Origin: a virus
Strand: one strand, 5' to 3'
DNA: 64,000 nucleotides
IMG/VR virus record: IMGVR_UViG_3300045988_115142
The first letter of the stretch is position 1. Each line of letters begins with the position of its first letter. Shown here piece after piece: positions 27,268 to 37,251 of the stretch. The notes beneath the pieces were generated by a model. It had not been told where the DNA came from and made no database searches. It worked only from the letters and a program-made list of their open reading frames with translations. The translations under genes and the position numbers were made by a program.

Positions 27268-27293
27268 ATCCCATCAGAAAAATCTGATGGGAT
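27268..27293 (-). terminator. hairpin atcccatcaga-aaaa-tctgatgggat
   Basis: 11-bp stem followed by a T5 run on the minus strand, after the stop of 27307..28500. Confidence 0.65.
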
Positions 27294-27306
27294 ATAAGTT
27301 ATTTAA

Positions 27307-28500
27307 TTATATAGCTGGATCAGGAGATGTAGGAGATTGGATTCCTTCGCCTGCTTTAATTTCAGCATATACCAATACAGTATCAGCTGGTTCTTCAAGT
27401 AATACTGTAACGTCTTGACCATTAGCGGAAAGACTAATTACAGGAATAAAGTATTCGAAAGTACCATCATCATTTTTGCGAAGAGCAGAAAGAGGAAGAC
27501 GATAAGCTGCAGACTCACCAGCAGGAAGAGTATATGCATTATAAGTAGGAGCCTCTGGATCCGTAGAGAATGTATAACCAGCAGTGAAGCTACCATGTGG
27601 AATATATTTGGATTTGATTACAAATGCACCACCAGTAATTGCATTCAATTGAGCTGTAGTTACAAAGTCAGCTAAAGGTTTACCACCGAATTTTACTGCA
27701 TTAAGAGCAGCACCATTTGTATCGAATTTAGCTTTCAAATCAGTTTGAGCTTGTTTGATTGCTGGAACATCAGTACCTACTAAAGTATCTAATTTACCTT
27801 TATCTTCTTTGCTCATCAAACCATCAGCAGTAGTAGAAGCAGCAGAGTAAACTGTAGTACCAAGTTTTACCCAGGAACCAGCAGTACCATCAGTAGCAAT
27901 AATGTATTTGTCAGCTTCATCAGCTGTTTTAGTAGTTTGTACATCGAAACGATATACTTGGTTAGTATCATCTACAGAAAGAGTCCAACCTTCTTGAGGA
28001 TGTGTAATAGCTTTCATTGCAGCAATATTAGCTACAGATGGACGCCATTGCATGGAGTTCATTGCAGATGTGATGCGGTTATCTAATTCAGCAGCTTTAG
28101 CAGATAAAGCGTCAGCAGTTGCATAGAAGGATGCATCTTTACCATTTAATTTAGTAGAGTTAGAAATAGTTTCTGGAAGTTGGTTGCCTTTAAGTTTACC
28201 ATCGGCATCTAATTGTGCGATACCGTTAGCTACACCAACTTTATCCCCAGTAACCATATCTTTACCACCCAATGCATCAGTGATAGCAGCTTTACTTACA
28301 AAACCATTAGGAGAAGTAAGAAGCTTAGTAAGGATAGTATTGATAGGTAAAGTACTTAAGTCAGTACCGCGTTCAATATCACCAATCTTTTGAGTAGTGA
28401 GAGTATTAGTAGGAATAGTCAACTTGTTGAAGTTATTGTTAATCGTAGTGATTACATTACGAGGAACAGCACCAAGTTGCACTTGTTTATATATTGGCAT
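27307..28500 (-). CDS. tail fibre protein (397 aa)
   Basis: GVANGIAQLDADGKLKGNQLP, NSTKLNGKDASFYAT and DGLMSKEDKGKLD are fibre-type motifs. AAGGAG RBS. Confidence 0.75.
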   Translation of the reverse strand: MPIYKQVQLGAVPRNVITTINNNFNKLTIPTNTLTTQKIGDIERGTDLSTLPINTILTKLLTSPNGFVSKAAITDALGGKDMVTGDKVGVANGIAQLDADGKLKGNQLPETISNSTKLNGKDASFYATADALSAKAAELDNRITSAMNSMQWRPSVANIAAMKAITHPQEGWTLSVDDTNQVYRFDVQTTKTADEADKYIIATDGTAGSWVKLGTTVYSAASTTADGLMSKEDKGKLDTLVGTDVPAIKQAQTDLKAKFDTNGAALNAVKFGGKPLADFVTTAQLNAITGGAFVIKSKYIPHGSFTAGYTFSTDPEAPTYNAYTLPAGESAAYRLPLSALRKNDDGTFEYFIPVISLSANGQDVTVLLEEPADTVLVYAEIKAGEGIQSPTSPDPAI

Positions 28501-28519
28501 TGTAAATAGCTCCTTATAA

Positions 28520-29146
28520 TTAACTCAAAATACAGAAACCAGCTACAGGAGTAGTAAATTGAAGAACAATTTCTTCTTGAGTTTCTGTAATATCAGGATA
28601 AACGATTTGATATGTTGGAGTGCCTTCTAAATGAGCATAAACATTTTTAACCAAAAGATTTCTTTCTTTTTCGGTTTTAGGAATTCTAATAACCCAATAA
28701 TCATTTTCAGGAATCTTTTTGAAGGAATCCGTTACAAAGTAAAGACGGGATTCAGTATAGTAATGATTTTTAATAATATCATCTACCCGTTTATTATTCT
28801 TCTCTACCATGTCAATAATATCTTGACGGAATTCATAGAATTTAGAAACAGATAAAGAATTATTTTCACTAGCATTACCAAAGTATACCCAGCGATACAA
28901 TTGTTCATTCCAAATATGAAGATCAAGAGTATCACGATCGATATAGAATACGCCAGAAACGCCTACTTTAGGTCTAGGATTATTTGCATCGGTCCAGACA
29001 AAACCAGAACCAAGTTTATGTGTACCTAGGAAGATTTCATCAGTATCTGTTGTGAAATACAACGTATCCATATCTGGAGTAACGATATCGTCATAGGTTT
29101 CTTTCTTCATTTTAGCTAATTTACGAATTTTATTAGTATCAGACAA
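28520..29146 (-). CDS. fibre-associated protein with N-terminal 'TYDDI...DTLYFTTDT.EIFLG' adaptor motif (208 aa)
   Basis: TTG start with AAAGGAGG 7 nt upstream. The N-terminal motif is shared with 31788, 33250, 34174, 36660 and 37252. Confidence 0.7.
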   Translation of the reverse strand: MSDTNKIRKLAKMKKETYDDIVTPDMDTLYFTTDTDEIFLGTHKLGSGFVWTDANNPRPKVGVSGVFYIDRDTLDLHIWNEQLYRWVYFGNASENNSLSVSKFYEFRQDIIDMVEKNNKRVDDIIKNHYYTESRLYFVTDSFKKIPENDYWVIRIPKTEKERNLLVKNVYAHLEGTPTYQIVYPDITETQEEIVLQFTTPVAGFCILS

Positions 29147-29179
29147 AGTAAGTCCTCCTTTCTTTACAATAAGTTTATA

Positions 29180-31705
29180 TTAGTGTTGAACAGGCTCTAT
29201 CGAGATTTCTTCGATAAAGTAACCATCTTCGACTTTAAAATCTATTGTAACTTTATCATCTTTAAGGAATTTAAATACAGAACCTCTTTGACCATTGATA
29301 GTTAAGTTACCATTATAAGCACCAACTACAGTTAAGTTACATACGTCTTCAACTGCATCTTTTGGGGCTATAGTAACATCTTCTTCTACCATCATATAGT
29401 TTACAGGTCTATCTTCTGGGTTAATAACATAACCCTTATGGACTTTAGTAGGAACTAAAGTAATCATAGATTTATATGGAACTTCAAATGATTCTGTATA
29501 TTCTTTACCAGCATATTTTACTACCAAAGTATAATGCTCTGGTTGTACTATATTAACTCTGAATGTCTTAATTGTACTCATAGAAGTACTGATAGTCATA
29601 TCAGAAGTTACTACGCCTTCAGGGATATTAATCTCACCTGGATTATAACCAGTTTCTCCGATAGCATATGCTCTAAACTTAGTACCATATACAGCATTGA
29701 ATGTATTAGTATAACCAATACCATTTGCTTCCACATATATCTTTTCTCTAGGTTTATTGATGATAGTTACACTATATCTATGAACAGTTGCAGGAGTTGC
29801 TGAGATAGTTATATTCTTAGTAACACGGAATCTACCATAAGGATGTACTGTACCAGCATCATAACCAGTAGATGCTTTGATATGTACTAATACAATATCA
29901 CCTTCTTTAGCATCAAAGGTTTCCATATAGAACTTGCCACCACATTCACACATGATGGTTTGGTTCTTAGTTTGTTTGATAGAAATAGTATAAGTAGGAA
30001 CTACAGTTTCACCGAAGTCTAATTGATAAGACTCGTTCTTAATATTAGGTAAGAAGCCATAGTTGTTCTTCTTAATTTCTTCTTTAAATGCAGGTAAAGC
30101 CATATCACCTATGATATGTTCTTCTTGATCAGTTAAAGTAGCAAAATTATTTAATAAGTAATAAAGACTACCATATCCACCGATAAGAGATGCAGTATCT
30201 GGTACAACCATATTAGGTGCATTATCTATAGTAGCAGAAATAGACACATAACCAGCACGATTATTGTCATTCTCTATATTAGCTATCATCTTAACATAGT
30301 TAGCTGATATTTCTCTATATACCCTATCATAATAAGAGTATAAAGAAATAGCACCTTTTGGAGGTTCCATATCGAATCTAGTTTTACCGAAGTTAACTAG
30401 TCCGACAGCTGAACCTGTAAAGATACTATCATCATGAATAAAGAAGTATGCTAATTGATAAGGATCAGTAAAGTCCAATACTAAATTGTAAGTATAGAAC
30501 TTATTCTTATCGATATAGAAATCAAGTTTATTATTAGCTAAATCTATCAATACACCAACTAATTTACCTTGAGTAGGAATTACAGATGTTTCCATATCTC
30601 CGCATTGGTGAGTTGTCTCAGCAAGCTGTTCTACTAATCTATATTCGTAAACTGCTTGTTTTTGGTGCCATAAAGACATACGAGAAGACTTAGATAGTAT
30701 AGAGTTATTAATATTCGATATACCTACAGATACAGGAATACCAATAATACCATCATTAAGTTCACCTCTAGAACAAGTAAATTCTAGATATATCTTTTGG
30801 TTCTTGGGTATAGGTAGATTAACAAATGCTGTAGATCCATATAAAGTAGAATTGACTATAGTAGAATCACTATACATTTCAAATCTATTCTTACTAGTCA
30901 CATCTATATTCATATCAGAACTAATAATCTTAGGAATCTTATCGTCAAAAGTACCTTTAACTCCAGAGCAGTTAATAGAAAAGCTTCTAACAAGTTCTTT
31001 CCATTTATCTCCACCTATTTCAGCTTTGATTGGTAACTTAGCTTCAAATTGAGTTCGTTTATAATAGAACCCGTATGGAGTTTTATAATCATCTTGAGGA
31101 TAAGAAACATTAGTCTTACCAAAGTTTACATAAAGACTAATTTGTTTCTTTATCATATCTTCATATTCTACTCTATCATCATAAACTACTTCATCATAAT
31201 ATATATCAGAGTAAATACAAGGATAGAAATTATGATCAGTTAGTTTAAAATTAGTAGGAGAAAAAGAATAAAACTCTTTACCATTGTTAAAGAATGTAAT
31301 CTTATTGCCAGGTACATCTACACCGACACCGATTACATCTTTACCACCTGGAAGATGAGTTAAAGTTTTCTCTGGAGATACATGATTATTTATAGCAACT
31401 GCATTGAACTTTTCTTGAATATCAAAGTTCTTATCATATTCGTGATATAAAGCACCAATACAGAAATCAGCATTTAATACACCAAAGGAAGCTTCTCTAG
31501 AAACCCCTATATAAATTGGAATATTGTGAAAAGCAGATATTGGATAATAATTGCTTACATTTACTTCGAAATACATTTTACCAGTAAGCTTCTTATTACC
31601 AATTAAGAAGAATGGTTTATTATAAGTAAAATGTAAACCATCTATACTTATATCTTCATTAGGCATAGACTTCTCGTCATATGCACTCATAAATACTTTA
31701 TCCAA
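29180..31705 (-). CDS. virion protein with two SPRY-like domains and three C-terminal HQTI-type modules (841 aa)
   Basis: TTG start with AAAGGAGG upstream. GKMYFEVNV and QKIYLEFTC resemble the SPRY GKxYFEV signature. The C-terminus has three modules (KQTKNQTIMCECGGKFYMETF, NKPREKIYVEANGIGYTNTF, VQPEHYTLVVKYAGKEYTESF). Confidence 0.7.
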   Translation of the reverse strand: MDKVFMSAYDEKSMPNEDISIDGLHFTYNKPFFLIGNKKLTGKMYFEVNVSNYYPISAFHNIPIYIGVSREASFGVLNADFCIGALYHEYDKNFDIQEKFNAVAINNHVSPEKTLTHLPGGKDVIGVGVDVPGNKITFFNNGKEFYSFSPTNFKLTDHNFYPCIYSDIYYDEVVYDDRVEYEDMIKKQISLYVNFGKTNVSYPQDDYKTPYGFYYKRTQFEAKLPIKAEIGGDKWKELVRSFSINCSGVKGTFDDKIPKIISSDMNIDVTSKNRFEMYSDSTIVNSTLYGSTAFVNLPIPKNQKIYLEFTCSRGELNDGIIGIPVSVGISNINNSILSKSSRMSLWHQKQAVYEYRLVEQLAETTHQCGDMETSVIPTQGKLVGVLIDLANNKLDFYIDKNKFYTYNLVLDFTDPYQLAYFFIHDDSIFTGSAVGLVNFGKTRFDMEPPKGAISLYSYYDRVYREISANYVKMIANIENDNNRAGYVSISATIDNAPNMVVPDTASLIGGYGSLYYLLNNFATLTDQEEHIIGDMALPAFKEEIKKNNYGFLPNIKNESYQLDFGETVVPTYTISIKQTKNQTIMCECGGKFYMETFDAKEGDIVLVHIKASTGYDAGTVHPYGRFRVTKNITISATPATVHRYSVTIINKPREKIYVEANGIGYTNTFNAVYGTKFRAYAIGETGYNPGEINIPEGVVTSDMTISTSMSTIKTFRVNIVQPEHYTLVVKYAGKEYTESFEVPYKSMITLVPTKVHKGYVINPEDRPVNYMMVEEDVTIAPKDAVEDVCNLTVVGAYNGNLTINGQRGSVFKFLKDDKVTIDFKVEDGYFIEEISIEPVQH

Positions 31706-31754
31706 GCTAGAATCCTCCTTTCCAAATTATATAGATGTAAACGATAATAAAACT

Positions 31755-31778
31755 CCCTAGCCTAATATTAGGCTAGGG
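31755..31778 (-). terminator. palindromic hairpin ccctagcCTAATATTAGgctaggg
   Basis: Perfect inverted repeat 9 nt after the stop of 31788..33224. Confidence 0.65.
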
Positions 31779-31787
31779 AAATAAACC

Positions 31788-33224
31788 TTATAAATGATCA
31801 GGAGTTTTTACTTCAGAGAATGGAGGGACCCTTACATCGAAGGAAGCGTTACTAATAAATCTTACTTTACCATCGATTACACCACTCACATCATTACGTT
31901 CACTTATCAATACAATATTGGAGGAACCTTCTGGGAATTGTTCATGATCGCTTACACTAGAATTCCAAAGAGCTTTAATGGATGGGAACTTATGTAATTT
32001 TTCAAGCAATAAGTTATTAGAAGTTTGCCATAAGTAAACGATCTTAGCTTTAACTGGGGTGATTGCATTTGCTTTAATTAAAAGATCATTCAAATCCTCA
32101 CCATAACCATAGCTATTATAAACAATAACTTCCGCATTGGCTAAAGCAGTTAATTTAGTTGTATCAGAATCAGAGATATCTCTGCCTGTAGTAGTTATTG
32201 TGGATGAGAAGTTGATAGATTTAAGAATATCGTTGGCTTTATCTCTAAGAGTCTTTTCATCTTCAAACAACTTAGTCACGGCTTGATATCTAGTACCGAA
32301 TTTAGTAGCAATAGGTTTTACGGATTCTGGGAAGTCTTTCCAAGTACCAGTAGGGATATCTACATATTTTGTAAAACCGATATTTGTAATTAAACGGAAT
32401 TTTTCTGTGTCATCTACATTACCATTTACGATAAAAGTACCGTAAATATTAGATACATCTGCATTATCAGGGAATATAACATGATAAGAGTAATTATATC
32501 CATTTAAATAACCTGGTTGGAAGTTGGATGGGTCTTTGAAATATGCAAAATTATTATCGATTGCGTATGAATTATCTATACCATTATTTGTTTGAATAGT
32601 AGGATCTTGTGTGAAATCAACTTTGGTGTTCAAAGAATTTAACATTTCAACCATGTCAGCTTCAAAGCTAGGTTTGATTGTAGCTGTTAGAGAAGTTGTT
32701 TTGAAAAGGTTAGATACTTTCAATTCAAATTCTCTTGTAATATCAACACCATCAGGAATAGTAACTCTATTTACAACAGAGTTGCTAGTAGAGATATATC
32801 CAGGTGTAATTTCTGGTCGTAATTCAAATTTAATAAATCCATGATCAGTACCATCTTGGATAACCTTAAGACTACTGTTACCGTTATGATTGATAATATC
32901 AATGTCAATTTGTCTAGTACCATTACCATAACGAACTACAGTTCCGTTACTATAATCAACATTGAATTTTTCTTTTACCATGTCTTTAAGCATATCAGTT
33001 AAACCAACAGGGATTTTGTAGAATTCTACAGCTTCTCTATCTAAGCCTAGGTTTAAACCGAATTCACTAAAGCCTGTATCTACAGCTTCTTTAACTTCTA
33101 CTACAGTTACAGCTTGAGACGCATCGATAGCATATACTACTTCAGGATCTAAAGTACCAGCAGCTGCTTTTTGATCATATGCTTCTTTAGTGGTAAAGAT
33201 GATCTTTTTAATTTGATCAGCCAT
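31788..33224 (-). CDS. fibre/spike protein, paralogue of 33250..34146 in its first ~90 aa (478 aa)
   Basis: N-terminus MADQIKKIIFTTKEAYDQKAAAGTLDPEVVYAIDASQAV compares with MADQINKIIFTTKEAYEQKKSAGTLEEGVVYAIDAAQAV. The C-terminal parts diverge. Confidence 0.75.
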   Translation of the reverse strand: MADQIKKIIFTTKEAYDQKAAAGTLDPEVVYAIDASQAVTVVEVKEAVDTGFSEFGLNLGLDREAVEFYKIPVGLTDMLKDMVKEKFNVDYSNGTVVRYGNGTRQIDIDIINHNGNSSLKVIQDGTDHGFIKFELRPEITPGYISTSNSVVNRVTIPDGVDITREFELKVSNLFKTTSLTATIKPSFEADMVEMLNSLNTKVDFTQDPTIQTNNGIDNSYAIDNNFAYFKDPSNFQPGYLNGYNYSYHVIFPDNADVSNIYGTFIVNGNVDDTEKFRLITNIGFTKYVDIPTGTWKDFPESVKPIATKFGTRYQAVTKLFEDEKTLRDKANDILKSINFSSTITTTGRDISDSDTTKLTALANAEVIVYNSYGYGEDLNDLLIKANAITPVKAKIVYLWQTSNNLLLEKLHKFPSIKALWNSSVSDHEQFPEGSSNIVLISERNDVSGVIDGKVRFISNASFDVRVPPFSEVKTPDHL

Positions 33225-33249
33225 AAATTATTCTCCTTTCTATATTAAA

Positions 33250-34146
33250 TTATTCGTTAATCTTAGCAGTATATCTGTCAGAAAGTTTCTTAACATTTTC
33301 TTTTTCAGATTCAGGGAACGCTACCCATTCACCAGTACCTAAGTCAATATATTCTGTAAAATCTAGTGTTAAAAATAAAATAGCATCATTAGCAGTCATA
33401 TAATGGAAATTATTAAAACTACCAGCTTTTGTTTTGATTACAACGTATTTTGTACCATATTGGAAATTTGTTGTATTAATATCATCAGTAGTATTAATAA
33501 TAGGAATGCCGTCTACTGACGTTAAATTTTGTACTGGGTCAATTTTTTTAGTAGCAGTAGTTTCAAAATTAGTTTCAGAAATGAATGCGTCTAATTTTTC
33601 AACAGCAGTAGATTCAAAAGAATGTTTAACCGTGAATACCAATGCTTCTTTAGCACCAAAAATATCTTGAGCTTTTAATTGATAATCTTCTTCTAAATTA
33701 ATGCCTTCTGGAATTGTAATAGTAGTAAGCTCAGAAGCATTTTCTGGAATTTGGAAATGACAATAACCAAAATCGGTACCATTTTGTATAGCATTAATAA
33801 CTACATATTTTTCTGCAATACCATTAGCTTTTAAGGCTCTACTTTTATTGCTAAAAAATGTTAATGCAGATGTTGCACTGTAAGCGAATTTTTCCATTAC
33901 AATGTCTTTAATCATATCAGCTAAGGCAATTGGAAGATTGTAAAATTCAGCTGTTTCTTTTTTAATACCAAGATTTAAGCCGAATTTTTCAAAGCTAGCA
34001 TCAACAGTAGATTGTACTACTTTTTTATCTACAGCTTGTGCTGCGTCAATAGCATATACTACGCCTTCTTCTAAAGTACCAGCTGATTTTTTTTGCTCAT
34101 AAGCTTCTTTAGTAGTGAAAATAATTTTATTAATTTGATCAGCCAT
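33250..34146 (-). CDS. fibre/spike protein, paralogue of 31788..33224 (298 aa)
   Basis: Shared N-terminal ~90 aa, plus a shared WxxFPESxK and RYxA motif near the middle or C-terminus. Confidence 0.75.
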   Translation of the reverse strand: MADQINKIIFTTKEAYEQKKSAGTLEEGVVYAIDAAQAVDKKVVQSTVDASFEKFGLNLGIKKETAEFYNLPIALADMIKDIVMEKFAYSATSALTFFSNKSRALKANGIAEKYVVINAIQNGTDFGYCHFQIPENASELTTITIPEGINLEEDYQLKAQDIFGAKEALVFTVKHSFESTAVEKLDAFISETNFETTATKKIDPVQNLTSVDGIPIINTTDDINTTNFQYGTKYVVIKTKAGSFNNFHYMTANDAILFLTLDFTEYIDLGTGEWVAFPESEKENVKKLSDRYTAKINE

Positions 34147-34173
34147 ATTAAGTTACCTTTCTATATTAAATTA

Positions 34174-34473
34174 TTATAAATGGTCGTTAGGTTGCAATAG
34201 TACAATACGCCAAGAGCCAGGACCTTCTGTTGATTCAGCGATATAAATTTGACCATATGATATTGCAACTTGCCCAGCAAAGTCTGGAGCTTTAGTTATA
34301 TCAGTAGCAACAAGTTTACCACCATCAATAGAAGGGATTTGGATCTTCTTAATTGCGTTAACGACATCTTTTCCAGATAGAAAGTATACTGCTTCTTCAT
34401 CAATTGAATTAGATTCAATCATTTGACTAAGTTTATCATAGCTAATTAAAGTAGCTTTTTTTAAAACTGTCAT
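34174..34473 (-). CDS. short fibre-module protein (99 aa)
   Basis: The N-terminus (MTVLKKATLISYDKLSQMIESNSIDEEAVYFLSGKD) is paralogous to 36660..37169. The C-terminus (FAGQVAISYGQIYIAES..GPGSWRIV) is paralogous to the C-terminus of 34504..36639. Confidence 0.65.
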   Translation of the reverse strand: MTVLKKATLISYDKLSQMIESNSIDEEAVYFLSGKDVVNAIKKIQIPSIDGGKLVATDITKAPDFAGQVAISYGQIYIAESTEGPGSWRIVLLQPNDHL

Positions 34474-34503
34474 TAATTATACAATCCTTTCTATATTAAA
34501 ATA

Positions 34504-36639
34504 TTATAGCGTATCTATTGGTTCGGTTCTGATAACATTCCAACCAGCACCGCCTTGATCTAATGATTTTGCTATATAGATTTGACCACCAGATATTGCA
34601 ACTTGTCCAAGGAATGCTGGAGTTGTAGTAATATCAGTAGCTGTGATACTATCTTTGCGAACGTATTCTTTCAACTTTTCGTCGATATCTACGTTATTAG
34701 CAATCCATTTGGTACCATTCCAAACTATTTGCAATCCTAAAGTAGTATCGAAGTATTGTTGACCGACAGCGATATTTTCTGTTGGTCTTTTTTCAGTAGG
34801 ACCAGAATGGATAATAGGAATAGTTTCATATGTCATTACACCCATACTATTTATAGGTTTAGCTGGTGTGAAATAGATTTCCATATTTAAGTCAGCTAAT
34901 GAAGTAATAACATCAGCTTTATAAGTTTCAGGAATTTCACATTTCATGGTCTTAGCTTCTACATTAGTTTCGATAACCTTAAAGAGACCTTTACCCAATA
35001 CATTCATTCCACTACCAACTACAATTGGAGTATCTTTTAATGTACCATTAGTCCATACTGGGAATTTATCGAAGCCAAAAGTCATTGTTCTATCACCATG
35101 ATTAGTAACAGAAGTAGGTTTATCCGCTGCTGGTAAATATTCAGTTTTAGTCGTATATCGATAAGTAGATACATAACCAAAATGACCAGAGTTATTTGGT
35201 TTAGATTCTAAATAAACATCACCAGCAACACCAGCAGTGTAATTACTATAATCATAATCCTTAGCGTCTTTATAAGGAACACCATTAGCACCGAAGAAGA
35301 TAGCAGAACCTTCACCATCGGCTAATTCATCTTTACTAGAAATATTTGTTTCATGAACAGTTCTATCATAACCTAAATAGATTCTTGTTTTAGCTGAGTC
35401 TTCCGCTTTGATTTCATATTTTCTATTGAGGAAACCTCTGGAGCTATATTCATCAACAGAGCCTAGATTGTTAAATAAAGTCAAAGCAGGATATTCAGCA
35501 ACACCATTTGGAGATATAGATAATTCTGGAGAATTGATCCAAGAGAATTTAACACCTTTTTGTATCCAGTTATCGAAGTTTTCTTGGAATTTATCAAATT
35601 TAAGATCACTTACTTTAACTTCAAGTTTAGCACTTTCTGGTGATAATAGATAGATAAATGCAGAAGGTTTTTCTTCTACAAGTACATGGTCGGGATTATC
35701 ATCAAGAGTAATATCTAATTCGACATTACTAATTTCTGCTCTTGGTCCAACGCTAATATATAGTGGATTTTGGTTAAGAGCCCATCTACCAGTCAATTTA
35801 AAGTTTGATATTTTATTAGCATAGAAATTAGCCATAGTACCATTATTTAAATCGACAGTATCATCGAAATGAAGAGTAATAGTTTCGAAATCAGCATATG
35901 AGTATGTTGAGAAACAATAAGTACAGTTATTAGAAACGATATTACTTATACTATTATTTATACCGTTACTATATTCTAGATATACAGCATACATACCGTA
36001 ATTAGTTTTTACATTATCGATAGTCAAGTTATTACATTGGGCAGATAAATCTATATTATTACCAGCACAGTCTTTGGTATTAGTCATTCGAAGATTTACT
36101 AATTTTACGTTAGTAAATAATAAAGTACTAATAGCACTTTCTGTACCGATAAATTTAATATTACTACCGTCAGCATCTTGGTCTTTAACTTTGAATACAA
36201 AACCATCGATTGTAATATTATAAGCATTTAATACTTCACTATCTTGATTTTCTGGTGCGTTGCGAGTTAATACAAACCCAATAGATTCTCCACTAGAAGC
36301 ATCAGTATGGTCACATATGATAGTAGCACCGTAAGTAGATTCGGACCTGATAACCAAAGAACGACTCATCTTTTCTGGACAGAAAATCTTTACTGGATTT
36401 TCAATCTTATAAGTACCATCAGGGAAAATTACTTCTTGGTATTTTTCTTTAGATACTTTGAGGAATAGTTCATTTAACTTTTCAGTTACATCAGTAGCAC
36501 CAGTATTATCGATACCATAGCCAACTACATCGATACTTTTAGTAGTATCCATACCAGCTTTGATAGTAGATATTTCTTTTGCTATCTTATCTATAAATGG
36601 ATCTAAGACACGTGACAACGTGTCTTTTAAATTTGCCAT
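34504..36639 (-). CDS. tailspike, probable right-handed beta-helix (pectate-lyase-like) depolymerase (711 aa)
   Basis: The ATG at 36639 is 9 nt from GGAG, whereas the track start at 36648 abuts the RBS. N-terminal VDVVGYGIDNTGATDVTEKLNELF...IFPDGTYKI is typical of the pectate_lyase_3-type entry to a beta-helix. The C-terminus has RPTENIAVGQQYFDTTLGLQIVWNGTKW. Confidence 0.6.
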   Translation of the reverse strand: MANLKDTLSRVLDPFIDKIAKEISTIKAGMDTTKSIDVVGYGIDNTGATDVTEKLNELFLKVSKEKYQEVIFPDGTYKIENPVKIFCPEKMSRSLVIRSESTYGATIICDHTDASSGESIGFVLTRNAPENQDSEVLNAYNITIDGFVFKVKDQDADGSNIKFIGTESAISTLLFTNVKLVNLRMTNTKDCAGNNIDLSAQCNNLTIDNVKTNYGMYAVYLEYSNGINNSISNIVSNNCTYCFSTYSYADFETITLHFDDTVDLNNGTMANFYANKISNFKLTGRWALNQNPLYISVGPRAEISNVELDITLDDNPDHVLVEEKPSAFIYLLSPESAKLEVKVSDLKFDKFQENFDNWIQKGVKFSWINSPELSISPNGVAEYPALTLFNNLGSVDEYSSRGFLNRKYEIKAEDSAKTRIYLGYDRTVHETNISSKDELADGEGSAIFFGANGVPYKDAKDYDYSNYTAGVAGDVYLESKPNNSGHFGYVSTYRYTTKTEYLPAADKPTSVTNHGDRTMTFGFDKFPVWTNGTLKDTPIVVGSGMNVLGKGLFKVIETNVEAKTMKCEIPETYKADVITSLADLNMEIYFTPAKPINSMGVMTYETIPIIHSGPTEKRPTENIAVGQQYFDTTLGLQIVWNGTKWIANNVDIDEKLKEYVRKDSITATDITTTPAFLGQVAISGGQIYIAKSLDQGGAGWNVIRTEPIDTL

Positions 36640-36659
36640 ATTATTCATCTCCTTTCATT

Positions 36660-37169
36660 TTAATGATTTTCGCCTGGATTTGCAGTTTCTGTATTAGCTA
36701 ATGGATTATCATATTTAATCTTAGCTGCTTCATACTTAGCTACAAGATCTAGACCATCTAACGAAAGGGATTCATCTTTTACATAATCACTTAAATCTAC
36801 TTGAGGAGCAGACGAAGAGATAACACCAGCTTCGGATATAGTAATACCCTCACCAGCTGTAAGATGTTGGAGTTCGGTTTTCTTGGCATAGGTGGATTCT
36901 ACATCGGTAGTCTTAGCCAAACCTTCAATACTAGGAACTTGAACAGCAGCAACTGCATCTGTTACTTCTTGTTTAGTAGCAAGATTACTTATATTAGGAA
37001 TAGAAGTTTGATCGGCTTTAGATTCGATTTTGGTATCGATATCTTTAATCTTATCATGTAAATCTTTACCAGATAAAAAATAAACTGTTTCATTATCGAT
37101 AGTACCTTGCTCAATCATGGTTTTGAGTTTGGTATAATCAATTAAAACAGCTTTCTTTAAAACCGCCAT
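36660..37169 (-). CDS. short fibre protein carrying two copies of the giant-fibre repeat (169 aa)
   Basis: N-terminal adaptor motif followed by NLATKQEVTDAVAAVQVPSIEGLAKTTDVESTYAKKTEL, the same repeat unit as in 37252..42654. Confidence 0.7.
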   Translation of the reverse strand: MAVLKKAVLIDYTKLKTMIEQGTIDNETVYFLSGKDLHDKIKDIDTKIESKADQTSIPNISNLATKQEVTDAVAAVQVPSIEGLAKTTDVESTYAKKTELQHLTAGEGITISEAGVISSSAPQVDLSDYVKDESLSLDGLDLVAKYEAAKIKYDNPLANTETANPGENH

Positions 37170-37200
37170 TTAATAACTCCTTTCATTAAAATTAAAATAT

Positions 37201-37228
37201 ATGGATAGGTCTTATAAGACCTATCCAT
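37201..37228 (-). terminator. palindrome atggataggtcTTATAAgacctatccat
   Basis: Perfect 28-nt palindrome 23 nt after the giant fibre stop, with a T-rich tail on the minus strand. Confidence 0.65.
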
Positions 37229-37251
37229 AAAGATTTTCTATTTAGTTGTAA

